Assembly (NCBI RefSeq): GCF_026210795.1
Contig: NC_089431.1
Coordinates: forward strand, 5,766,001 to 5,830,000
Source: Rhizophagus irregularis
Taxonomy: Eukaryota
Reading direction: 5' to 3'
DNA: 64,000 nt
The notes below the pieces were generated by a model. That model worked only from the letters and a program-made list of their open reading frames with translations, did not search any database and was not told the DNA's origin. Every line of letters begins with the position of its first letter. The stretch's first letter is position 1. The translations under genes were made by a program, and so were the position numbers. Shown in pieces: positions 38,888 to 50,669 of the stretch.

Positions 38888-41130
38888 GAAATCAGCTCTT
38901 ATTTGGATACCGATTTCCAAAGGTAAGTTTCGAAACAAAAGTTTCAAAACTTTAAAAAATGTTTTTTAATATTAAAAATGTTTTTTTTTTTACTTTTGTA
39001 TAGGAAATCGGCTCTAATGTGAACGCCAATATTCCAGATAAGTTTCGCATTTTCGAAACTTCTTTGAAAAAAATGTTTAACGTTTTTTTTTTAATATTAT
39101 TGTAGGGTTACCGTAAAGTTTCAATTTTTTGAAACTTTTTGACAAAAATTAATAAAAAACGTTTAATTTAACATTTTTTATTATATTTTATTATTTTTTT
39201 TTGCAGGGAAATCGGCTCCAATGTGGATACCGGAATCCCACAGGTAGAGTTTCGATTTTTCAAAACTTTTTGAAAAATATTAATAAAAAATGTTTAATTT
39301 AACGTTTTTTATTATATTTTATTAAATTTTTTGCAGGGAAATCAGCTCCAATTTGGATACCAGAATCCCGCAGGTAAAGTTTTGATTTTTCGAAACTTTT
39401 TGAAAAATATTAATAAAAAACGTTTAACTTAACATTTTTTATTATTTTTATTAATTTTTTTGCAGGAAAATCGGCTCCAATTTGGATACCAGAATCCCGC
39501 AGGTAAAGTTTTGATTTTTTGAAACTTTTTGAAAAATATTAATAAAAAACGTTTAATTTAATGTTTTTTTTATTATTTTATTAAATTTTTTGCAGGGAAA
39601 TCAGCTCCAATTTGGATACCGGAATCCCGCAGGTAAAGTTTCGATTTTTCGAAACTTTTTGAAAAATATTAATAAAAAACGTTTAATTTAACGTTTTTTT
39701 TATTATTTTATTAAATTTTTTGCAGGAAATTAGCTTCAATTTGGATACCGAAATCCCGCAGGTAAAGTTTCGATTTTTCAAAACTTTTTGAAAAATATTA
39801 ATAAAAAACGTTTAATTTAATGTTTTTTTTATTATTTTATTAAATTTTTTGCAAGGAAATCAGCTCCAATTTGGATACCGGAATCCCGCAGGTAAAGTTT
39901 TGATTTTTCAAAACTTTTTGAAAAATATTAATAAAAAACATTTAACTTAGCGTTTTTTATTATTTTTATTAATTTTTTTGCAGGGAAATTGGCTCCAATT
40001 TGGATACCGGAATCTCGCAGGTAAAGTTTCAAATTTTATTTGAAACTTTAAAAAAAAATGTTAATTTTTAACATTTTTTTGTTTTTTTTTGCAGGGAAAT
40101 CGGCTCTGACGTGGATACCAAATTCCAGGTAAGTTTCAAAACAAATTTTCGAAACTTTAATTTAAAAAAAAACCATTAACTTTTTTTTCCCTTTTGTATC
40201 CTCGGTTAGGTTTCGGGATGAGTTCAACGTGGCATTTCGAAGGTAAAACTTCGAAAGATTTCATTAGTTTATCTAACGAATGTTACTAACATTTGTTCTT
40301 AATTTTTGTAGGTCCAGAACACCAAAGTGCAGGTCTTGGACTCTATTTTGAAGGTAACTTCGAAATATTTTAATTTTTTTTTAATGAACGTTAGATAACG
40401 TTCATTTTTCTCATTTTTTTTTCTTTGAATAAATAATTCTCCTAATGAAACGTTTCTAATAATGTTTCATTTTTTATTTATAGGTGGCCAGTTCTTCGAT
40501 ATTTGGATGACACGTCAAAAGCTTAATGAGGAAGGTTATTTACTAGTTATTACTTTCAATTAATTCATTTAACGAAGCGTTTTTTACTAACGTTTCATTT
40601 ACTCTTTTTTTTTAGGTGCCCAGCCTTCGTGTCTATTAATAAGAGCATATGGAAATATTAATGGAAATATGGCCAGTTCTTTGGAATATTTGGATGTGCA
40701 AGATTCGGTATAGGTGTTATAGAAGTTTTTTTTTTGATTTATTTTAACGAAACGTTTACTGACGTTTCATTTTCTTCCATTTTTTTTAGAAGACATGAAG
40801 TATCACGATCCGAAACATAGATTTTTGGTTAGAATTCTTTTTAGATAGCTACCAATTCTTTGAATATCTTCAGATGTGGATTTTGGTAAGAAGGGATATT
40901 TAGATTATTTCTTTAGCAAAACAATTTCTAATGCTTTGTTTTTTCTTTTAGGTAACTTTTTGACTCTTTAGACGCAAGTTTCGGTTGGATATATAAGAAT
41001 GATGAATTTGAAACAATTTGCAGGTGAGTTTCAAAATGTCAATTGTTGGTGAGTTTTTTGCTTAATTTTTTATTAATTCTTTTTGTTTTTTATTCTTTAG
41101 GTTAAAAATAGCGAATTTAGAATGATTTAT
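38888..41130 (+). ncRNA. Putative multi-exon non-coding transcript: ~19 micro-exons, including seven near-identical 37-nt exon + ~93-nt intron units (39207-40020)
   Basis: Repeated poly-T/YAG acceptors and AG|GTAA donors; branch-like TACTAAC at 40284 and 40585 and TACTGAC at 40757. Exon lengths are mostly not multiples of 3 and no ORF is present. Transcription is not shown. Confidence 0.5.
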
Positions 41131-41177
41131 TATAGGTATTAATATAGCATAGGTGTGTTTTAGATTAGAAAGGTAGA

Positions 41178-41720
41178 AGGACCCAGAAATATATATATAG
41201 GGGTCAGGTGGCGAAAAATTTTTTTACTATGAGCTGTACGCAGAGACTTTTAATATGAGTAGTACGCATAATTGACACCTGATATTGAAAATCCTGCAAA
41301 AATACGCAAATAAAATTTCAAACATTAAGTTATTAATTATTTTATCATGGCTTCTATATTATTTATAAAAACTAAATACTAATGTGAAAAAATAGAATTT
41401 ACCATTTTTTTAATAATATTTTTCTAAAATTTCACTTTTTAACCCTTAGAAATTTCTTTCAATTAATACTAAATATTACAATGTGGTTAGTACATACAGT
41501 AAATATATTATATATATAAGATTAGTCAAATTTAGGCCAAAAATACGCAAACTAATTTTTTACATATAAAAATTTTGATAAAAAATACGCAATCTTGATG
41601 ACCTAACTATAGATGAAAAATTCTAAAATTGTACGCAAATCAAAACTTTACTCCGTCTAATTCCACTATGATGGCGACGCATCTGTGTACCCTACCCCTG
41701 TATATATATTTCTGGGTCCT
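41178..41720. mobile_element. MITE with 20-bp perfect TIRs and 8-bp TSD AAGGTAGA
   Basis: AGGACCCAGAAATATATATA / TATATATATTTCTGGGTCCT; TSD at 41170-41177 and 41721-41728. Superfamily not assigned. Confidence 0.88.
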
Positions 41721-41829
41721 AAGGTAGACATTAATTAAAGAATATATATTAAATGTAATTTTTAATAACAATGTAATTTAAAATGTCTAATAAAATTGAA
41801 TTAAATTAAAACTAAATTTGGAAAAATCA

Positions 41830-42257
41830 TCCACATTCAATCTAAAATTTAGACAAAATTCAGACAAAATTCGAAAAAAATCATTTAAAATTTGCCGTAA
41901 TTCAGATAAAATTCATCACAATTGGTTAAACAATTCAGATTAAATTCAGAAAAAATTATCTAAAATTTGCCATAATTCAGACAAAATTCTTCACAATTAG
42001 TTAAAACAATTCAGAAAAAATTATCTAAAATTTGCCATAATTTAGACAAAATTCATCACAATTAGTTAAACAATTCAGATTAAAATTACTAAACAATTCA
42101 GAATAAAAAATAGATTCAATTCGGACATTCTGATCAGCATTGATCGGCCTGCCAATCGGAACTTTTTTTGGGTTGATAATTTGGCCATCTTTATCACCAA
42201 ATTCAACCTAAAATCGGACATCCGATTTCTAGCTGATTTGGACTATTTCGACCAGTG
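41830..42257. mobile_element. Subterminal repeats and right terminus of a second CACTA-type element (left end not found)
   Basis: AATTCAGA(C/T)AAAATTC repeats, then ...CCGATTTCTAGC...TATTTCGACCAGTG (reverse complement CACTGGTCGAAA, similar to the 16552 end). It truncates the adjacent helicase ORF. Confidence 0.65.
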
Positions 42258-43515
42258 ATACTCTACAGTTTTACTTACAAGAGGCTGGAACTTGTTATTG
42301 ATCACCAAATATCATCTTCACGATAGGCTTTGAGGAAGTTTAGGGTCGACTCGTTTGCAAAGGCATCCATTGCGAGTATATGCTGGGCCGTTTTTAGTAC
42401 GTCATGCATCACACTCTCAGATTCTCGTGCATTTACACCACTACTCATTTGGCGATGAATTGCATTAGCTTCATCTAAAATAGCTACAATCGGACGGGCT
42501 AAAAACTCTATACGAGAAAGACTCAACCTGGACTATAATAATATCCCACTTATCTACAGATAAATTCCATTCGTCTTGATAATTACAGATTCTGAGCTCA
42601 GCTAATTTAAGATCATTAATTTTACCCAGTGATTCATTACTAAGAGTTTTTCGGTAAGAAATCCAGAGAATGCAGGGCAAATTAGCTTTACTCCTGGCTA
42701 AGGAATGGAGATGTTTTCTTAAACCTTTTGTTTTTCCTGTTATTATAGGGGAACGAATCAGAGTTGTACTAGGCACTTCATTCAAGAAATCGGGATAAGC
42801 TTCTGGGAAATCTTCCATCTCCTTTACATTAATAACTCCTCCAGATAGTTCAGAAAGTGGGTATGGATTTGATATGGCATTGGCCATTCTATCAACAATC
42901 TTTTGTTTAGGTCTTTCTTTCGGCTTGATTATATCTGATGCTCCCTTAAATACCAATCCTCTATGATCAGGTTTATATTGTTTTTGCCAATAGCATTTGA
43001 GTATAAAGCATCCATCTCTCAGAAGAAAGCCATATAACTGATCTCTTTCGTGACAGATATCGCAAATAGGACACGCTTCATATGACTTCGCTTGAAAGTT
43101 GATAAATCCCTTTTTAATGCTACCGATCTCAAGCCATCCAAATTTTGCCGTAACTTGACTAGCTCCTTTGCTCAAAGCAGTTTCATTTTTGATAGGTTGG
43201 AATTCATCCTTTTCTGGCTTTTCAGAAGAAAAGGTTCGGGGCCAGATTTCAGAATAATTGGATTTAGGCTGAACTAAATAATTTTCTAGCTTGCAATATC
43301 CTTGTTTAACTGAAGATAATACAGGTCTTTTAACTCTATCCTCTTTTGCTGATCCAAGGAGGCGGTGACTAAAGTGAGATTTATAGAGTCCAACATCAAT
43401 AAACTCTGAGTATGGCTTCCCAACCCTATCAGCGACTTTTTCTACAAAACCCCTAAGGTCTCTGTAATCAATAAAATGGGTATAAGGATACACGATATGC
43501 CAGCTACATTTATAT
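42258..43515 (-). pseudogene. AEP primase-polymerase / SF2 helicase (herpes UL9-like origin-binding protein) fragment, frameshifted and truncated
   Basis: AEP-like KCSWHIVY and DVGLY..RLLGSAK; CPIC..H zinc motif; SPIITGKT, ISYRKTLS, VQVES, AILDEANA and LAMDAF helicase motifs. Confidence 0.7.
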
Positions 43516-44048
43516 AATACTGACGCTAATCCAAAAAATGCCATCATAGAATTCCAAGAGTGTGGCTTGCACATTAATTTCAATTCTGAAATATATTCAC
43601 TTTCTTTTTTAAAACCACAATCATTTATAATTATATTTTCGTTATCAAAAACCTCATTTCAATAGATAATATCCTGTTCAAAAATTGATTGCTGCAAATA
43701 AAATAGTGCATGCGTCATCAATTCAATTATTGTGGCTAATCGTAATTGAAGATTAAAATTTTCATTCCCAAATACAATTAAAGATGCGCTGTTGAAAAAA
43801 CAATTTCCATCTGGTGACGATTTTATACAGATATAATCTTCATATCTTTCTGGAAGCAATTTCATTGCTTCATGGTCTTGATTGTCTTCATTCCATTTTT
43901 CGTTAATAAAATTATTATTTATATTGGGCAATATACTAGTAGTATCAAACTGAACACCATAATTAATTACTTCACTGAGCATTATATTATCTTTACTGAG
44001 AAAATCAAAGATGGAATATAAAATATCTGCGGCAGTAGAAGAATTCAT
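43516..44048 (-). pseudogene. OTU-like (vertnin-type) cysteine protease N-terminal fragment, in frame with the AEP-helicase
   Basis: SPDGNCFFNSAS...LRL...EL, a TGA at 43659-43661, then SW.SM....LASVL in the same frame. Confidence 0.65.
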
Positions 44049-46087
44049 TTTAAATGATATACAGTATTCTAAGAGAATATCTGAAATTTGTTTATTTAAT
44101 TTTTTCGTCTCAAATAATTCTCACGAAAGTCAGGATTTATTTATTAATATATTTTTCCCGAATATTTTACAGTAGTATAATTAAGCTTTATTTGATTTGT
44201 AAACAATGGATAAAATCGTTAAATTTGTTATTTTAACATGCTTCAAAATATTAAAAAAGTTAATTTGTCATTTCATTTTCGTCATATCTCCCTAAAATTC
44301 CTAAAATATCATTATCTTTTCTCACGATCTATCTTTTGAGTGATTAAATTATCAAATTACTTGCATTAATAATAGTGTAACAAAAAAAATTCAATTGAAA
44401 AAAAAATTATTTTTTTTTAATCGTTTTCTTATTACATATAATATCAGATTCTTATAAAATAACTGACAGTGATCTGCGTCTTTCTCGTTATTATATAATA
44501 TACAGTATTTTTTATGAAATATTTGATAAAAATTTTTAGGTCTAACATGTTATAGTTAAAAAGGGGTAAATTTTTGAAGTGTAAGAATTCGGAATATTCT
44601 TTCTGAAAAATACACGATTATGGTTTAAGCACAAGCCACAGATCAGCCTAAAAGGGTAATTCTCAGTGGCGAATTTTTTTTATCTTCGGAAGTGTAGAAT
44701 TCCGAAAAATTCGGATTTTTTTTTCGGGAAAATACTTGATTATTTAAATAGTAAATTTCAATATGATAATTTCTAATAATTATTCTCTTTTTGTAAGTCA
44801 ATTAAAAAATAAAATTTTGTTGTAATTGGATATAATCTATATGTCCAATCAAAAATTTGGACTTGGATTGGACAATATCCAATAGTCCAATAGTTCAAAT
44901 AATTATCACTGGTCACAAGAGTTTAAAAAACTCTGTGTACTTCCATTTTTTTATCTATTAAATATACACTTTTTGCGTAGGACTCTTCATAATCTTGTTA
45001 TATTTATTATTCTACTGAAATAACTTTTCGTACAATAATTTGAAATAATAAACCCAATCTTCATATCTTTTATTAAATCAAGAAACTTTAAACTTTGATA
45101 AGTTTGAAATCATCTTTTTCAATACATGGATATTTTTGTCAATAATTTTGTGACAGATTTCTCTTATCCATATGTTTTTTTTTTGCTGTTTTTTCTGTTT
45201 TTTTTCACCTTAGTAAGATATAGTAAATATTACAAAAAAAGCACAAAACGTAATCTAGTGTGACGCTTAAATTTTGATTGGCATAATCTTGTGTAATATG
45301 ATTTAACAACTGTACTAAAAACTTTAACGATGAATCTGTTGATTTGCTTACTTCGATATTGAGTCAAGAGGTGAGTTAGTTTGATATCGATCCCGCTGAA
45401 ATATGTATTTGAAATCGATCTATATGATTTTTATCTTAGGCCTGGGGGTAACCTATCTTATAAGTAAGTGGGGTCCTATTGTTTCAGGAAGAATTCTGAT
45501 TAATTTTTCTAAAATTGAAATATTAATATGTTTTAATATTATTAAAATTTTGGGACGCTTACAATAAGCCAAGACGCGTGCTACAACTTATAACACAGTA
45601 CAAGAAGGGTCAAAAAAGGAAAGTGATTGGTTTATTAATAATGCAACTAGTGAAAATGAATCTGTATACGATGAATTTATCAAATTTAAATCAGTATCTT
45701 CTTCATTCAGTACAATCTTGAGTAAAAAAAGTCCGTTAGATATGTGAAAAATAAAATCGTAATCACGTGACTGCGAAATTGACACGATACTGCGCTACAA
45801 ATATTCTCTATTGAAAATAATTAATAATTCTTTGAACTTTATATATTGCGGAACAGGAGTTTGCAAATAATTGTTCCTGTCACAATTCGTCATGCCGGGG
45901 AATTCGCTATAATGTTCCTGTTGCTTTCAGTTAACTTTAATAATAAGAATATGATGGATTTATTTAATAATTGTTATTCGTGTGATAAATTTGAAATAAA
46001 ATATAACTATAATGATAAAATGAAATTTAAAAAATAAGGTATGAATAAAATATAGTTATAATAAAAGCTCTAAACTTTTCATTCTGT

Positions 46088-47866
46088 CTATTTGTCAGCA
46101 CTTTCACTACTATCATCATCTAAATCTAGCCCACTTAAAAGACGTTTGATTTCATACTTATGCTTTCTAGTTAATTCTATAGGCTCTAATTTTAAAATAA
46201 TTTTATTATTTAAAAATAAAAATTTTATAATCCGATTCATAAAGTCTTCCCTATTAAAGTATTTAAAGTCATCATTAGCTGTATATCTATATATTTTTTT
46301 GAAATTAAAATATTTCATATCATTTCTTAAATATCTTCTATAAATTTTCTTCTTAATAATTTTCATAGCAAGTTTTATTATCTCGTCATCGTTTTGTGTA
46401 TGATATTTTTTATAATCTTTCACATCTTTATCGTTGCTATATTTAGGATTTTTAAATTTTAAAGCCATTAAATAAGCTTTCATTAATGTTTCGTTCTCGG
46501 TATTTTCAACAAAATATTTTAAAATCTTATCATCAGTTGGTACCTTTTCCCAATCTTCGATTAATGCACCACCACTTATTTCTTTATCACCATGATTTTT
46601 GCCATTTCCATTACTACTTTTTTCATTTGTTTTTAATTTTCCGGAAATCTTGTTGATTAATTCATCTATATTGATATCTTCATGATTTTTGCCATTTCTT
46701 GTTTCTAATTTTTCAATTAATTCAATAAGTCTTCCAGCAAGTATCGCGGAAATTTTTATATTTTCTTCATCATTCATTTTATTTTTCATTAAATATTTTT
46801 TAATCTTCCTACATAAATATTCATCATCTTTAATCTCAATCTCTTTACAAGAACAAGTTCGGGTAACTTTATTTTGTAAATCTTTTATTAAATATTTCTT
46901 GATTTCATCATCGGTTTCTTCATATTTCAGAAGTTTCAGAACTAGATTCAAAACGAGCTTTGCTTCAACTTCCGTTCCAAAAAATGTCACGTCATCATTT
47001 TCTGTATTATATTTTCCAAAATAAGTTTCATAATCATCCTTTTCTATTAAATAAGTTCTCTTCAATAGCCTATAATAAATTGCTAATGGAATGAAAAGAA
47101 TTAAAATAGGAATCGATATAAATTTAATAGGAATATTATTAAGATTAATAATTTTTTCATAGAGTTTTACACAATAAGATAAGACTATATTGATGACCCA
47201 GACTATCCCAATCGCAATTATGTTTATAGCCAAAAAATAATCAGCATATCGCCAAGAAGAATCGATCAAATTTGTGCTTAATAAAATTGAGATGATCGCC
47301 AAAATGATGACATACAAAGACATTAGAATAGAGAAACCTATACCAAATTTCTTTTCTAGATAAATAAGATAATTGATACGTCTTAAAAAGCTTTCATAGT
47401 TTTTGTGTCTTTCAATAGGTAATTCCTTAAATTCATCTTTAGGTATCTTCATCAATGTGGGTATAGTTTCATCGGTTTTATCAATTATTATTTGTAACAA
47501 ATTTGTAGAGTTATTTTTACTTAATTTGAATTTCTCCATAAAGGACCTTACGAGTACCAGAACTCCACTGATACCTGTTAAGCTTGGCAACGTAATTTTC
47601 AAAATCTTGTTAGTGTTATTATATTTTGCGAGAAGAAATAAACATACTCCAATAAATATAGTGATAATGGCGATCGAAAGATGTGTTATCATTAAATTCG
47701 TCCGTCTTGCTAAATTTGTTTCTGCTTTGTTCCATTCTTCCTTCATACTCAGAAGAACAAAAAGTTTTTTTCTATCTTCTTTTTTATAACCATAAACTTC
47801 TTTGGTTTTATCCTCAGTCTTATTATTTTTGTCCTCTTTGGTCTTATTTTCTTTGTCCTCAGTCAT
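46088..47866 (-). CDS. Hypothetical 592-aa intronless protein with ~5 TM segments and K/E-rich C-terminus
   Basis: Long uninterrupted ORF with hydrophobic helical pairs and a short internal NGKNH repeat; no family recognised. Confidence 0.7.
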   Translation of the reverse strand: MTEDKENKTKEDKNNKTEDKTKEVYGYKKEDRKKLFVLLSMKEEWNKAETNLARRTNLMITHLSIAIITIFIGVCLFLLAKYNNTNKILKITLPSLTGISGVLVLVRSFMEKFKLSKNNSTNLLQIIIDKTDETIPTLMKIPKDEFKELPIERHKNYESFLRRINYLIYLEKKFGIGFSILMSLYVIILAIISILLSTNLIDSSWRYADYFLAINIIAIGIVWVINIVLSYCVKLYEKIINLNNIPIKFISIPILILFIPLAIYYRLLKRTYLIEKDDYETYFGKYNTENDDVTFFGTEVEAKLVLNLVLKLLKYEETDDEIKKYLIKDLQNKVTRTCSCKEIEIKDDEYLCRKIKKYLMKNKMNDEENIKISAILAGRLIELIEKLETRNGKNHEDINIDELINKISGKLKTNEKSSNGNGKNHGDKEISGGALIEDWEKVPTDDKILKYFVENTENETLMKAYLMALKFKNPKYSNDKDVKDYKKYHTQNDDEIIKLAMKIIKKKIYRRYLRNDMKYFNFKKIYRYTANDDFKYFNREDFMNRIIKFLFLNNKIILKLEPIELTRKHKYEIKRLLSGLDLDDDSSESADK

Positions 47867-48000
47867 ATCGATAAATTTTTTTTCTAAACTCGTAAGCGTA
47901 ACCAGAATTCTAAAATTACAATTTAAAAAAAAAATAAAAAAAAATTTTTTTATTTTAGAAAAAGAGAAGAATAAATTTAATTTTTGTTATAAAAAGAAAA

Positions 48001-48475
48001 AGTTTCATTATCTTCCACAAAAAAAGCAATTTGATGCAAAATATGCATTAAGAAGGCAATTTATTATAGAAAAAAATTTCATTAAGAAAAGGCAATTTAT
48101 TATAGAAAAAAATTTCATTATTTTCCACAAAAAAAGCAATTTGATGCCAAAATATACATTAAGAAAGGCAATTTATTATAGAAAAAAATTTCATTATTTT
48201 CCACAAAAAAAGCAATTTGATGCAAAATATACATTAAGAAAGGCAATTTATTATAGAAAAAAATTTCATTATTTTCCACAAAAAAAGCAATTTGATGCAA
48301 AATATGCATTAAGAAAGGCAATTATTTTAGAAAAAAATTTCATTATTTTCCACAAAAAAAGCAATTGGCGCAAAAATATTCATTAAGAAAGGCAATTATT
48401 TTAGAAAAAAATTTCATTATTTTCCACAAAAAAAGCAATTGGCGCAAAAATATGCTTTAAGAAAAGACAATTATT
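48001..48475. repeat. ~75-bp tandem repeat (about 6 copies) just upstream of the 592-aa gene
   Basis: TTCCACAAAAAAAGCAATT unit near 48015, 48125, 48201, 48276, 48350 and 48424. Confidence 0.9.
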
Positions 48476-50669
48476 TTTAATTGAATGCGATTTCAGTGGC
48501 CCCGTTTATTTACCTAAGCATAAAAAAAGTGTCATATTAAATATATTAAGTGACTTTTCGCTTTATTTAAATTATCAGTTCAGGAAGATGAATTTATTTA
48601 TTTTATTTCTTAAAGAGTGGTTATCGAGATCAATCGTATGTACAAAAAAAGACAAAGATTCTCGATATTCATCCCAGCGCAGGACCTCACCCTTCGATGG
48701 AACTATTTTAGCAGTAAGACTACGCTACTGAGAAAATTAACGGGCTAAAAAATGAAAAAACAACCCTAAAAAAAAAGAAAAAATTAGATAGGATCCGTAT
48801 TTTGCTTTCGACCAAAGGCCGCCACTTGTCAATACTGTTAGAACTTAGAAGTGGAATGATTCACACTATTCTAAATTGTTTAAAATTGAACTAACAATCT
48901 TCTTTTAAATAATCTTTTTTGTAAATTCTAGAAATGAAGGGTAAAGTTACTTTGTGACTTTATAAGTTTATTAAGATAAATCATCTTCCAAGAAATGTCA
49001 TCAGCTAAATTTAATCTTTACCATTTCTACTTACGATGTATTTTTTAGACAAAATGAATAAATAACAACGGTATATAATTGTACTTTCAATATAAATCCA
49101 CAGTCGGATAATTTAACGGAAATTGGCCGAATAATTTGTACTAGGAAAGAAATTCATAAACTTATCTGATCCAAGAATTACTACCATTTCAAAACCACAG
49201 TATATAAAATTACATTATATATGGTTAACTGAACAATATTAATGACAAATTTAGTTGGACTTTTACATATAACATAATACTGTATAGGGGGGTGCGTTGC
49301 TACGCACCTACGTATAAAATTTAAACCCATTTATATTAAACTCTTCTCGTCTATTGTTCTATCATACAATATTTAACAATTTCTTAATCGATTTCGGGTT
49401 CTTATATACCTTTATCGCTTTATGTATAATATTTATGTTCCATATATGACAAATTGTCGCGCCTTGCAACAATCGAGATAACAACCTGCTAAATGATGTT
49501 TAAACGAGAAATATATCATTCGTATATTGAAAATTTACAATAATAAGAAATGCTACTAATAAAAGAAATTTTAATAATTGAATATTGAGCTTTTTGATCC
49601 AGGTTGTGAGTTATCATATTTTTGACTCACCACTTAGAAATGAACAAGATAAAGACGGGAATAAAAATGACTTATTTAATTTTTTAGAAATTGGTATGAA
49701 AGTCATCGTCCATACTATAATCAAACGTCGGCAATCGTTGAAAAAAACTTCCTAAAATGCCTTGAAAAGAATAACCAATCACTACTAAATTTATGGTTTA
49801 TTATGTGAACGCAAAAAAAAATCCCCCTTTTTTTATTTGAAATGTTATAAAATCAGAAATCGTCCTTGCTAATCAAGTTATGAATGACATCAATGTTTTT
49901 TTTCAAGTTTGATAATACCTAGCCACATTTAATTATTATAAAAATTGATGCCACGCAATTGATTTTAAATTATGTATTTTTAAAAAAATTACAAAATATA
50001 TTTCAGAATAAAATATTGAACGTGGTTAATTCGTTAAAATTACACGTAATTAATATTCAAATGGGCTTTGTCGAAATTTGATGTCCGATAACATAATTGT
50101 AATTGGCCATTTAATAATTATTCAACTTTTATATTAGATGTGGCTTTTGGCAAAGTAAAATGAGTTGCAAGCCAGTTAAGCCACGATTAGGGTAGTAATG
50201 TAATCTAACGAATCGTGGCCAATTTATTTTTCAGCCTATAGTCGATCTTGTTAATCTAGGCAATACTCGGCTGAATTAAGTAAGCCATCAGCAAGCCTTC
50301 TTATAGGCTTAAATGGCTTTGATAAAAAATTAAACGTTTTTGATGTTTAAATCGACACGAAATAATTGAACATAGGCGTTTCGAATATCCAATATGTTTC
50401 CTTTACGAATTGAACGAGGACAAAGTTTTCAAAAAGTAAATAATTCTCGTTGAGAATAATTGATAATTTTTTCACAAAGAAAAGAGGCTTTGAATTAAAA
50501 AAAAAAAAGTTTTCTTTTTTGATTTGAAGTAAATCTTGAATGAACCATATTATATAAAAAAAGCTATATAAACACGGTCTTCCTTCCTAGTTAAATCTTC
50601 ACTTCACTGAAGAAATAATAATAAAAAAATATCTTCCTTTAATAGTGGATTATTTTTTTTTTTTTCAAA

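Noticed and set aside
39207..40020. CRISPR-like appearance (37-nt repeats at regular spacing)
   Set aside because: The intervening sequences are near-identical rather than unique and have intron signals; the context is eukaryotic and there are no cas genes.
44904..44920. CACTGGTC as the partner end for the 42257 terminus
   Set aside because: It faces away from the element, similarity stops after about 8 bp and there are no subterminal repeats.
47802..48386. 194-aa ORF with FPQKKQFDAKY repeats
   Set aside because: Translation of the 75-bp tandem repeat, with a non-ATG start and frame drift between units.
49285..49310. GGTGCGTTGCTACGCACC hairpin as a Helitron 3' end
   Set aside because: No CTAG/CTRR terminus at the expected distance and no 5' end or Rep/helicase sequence.
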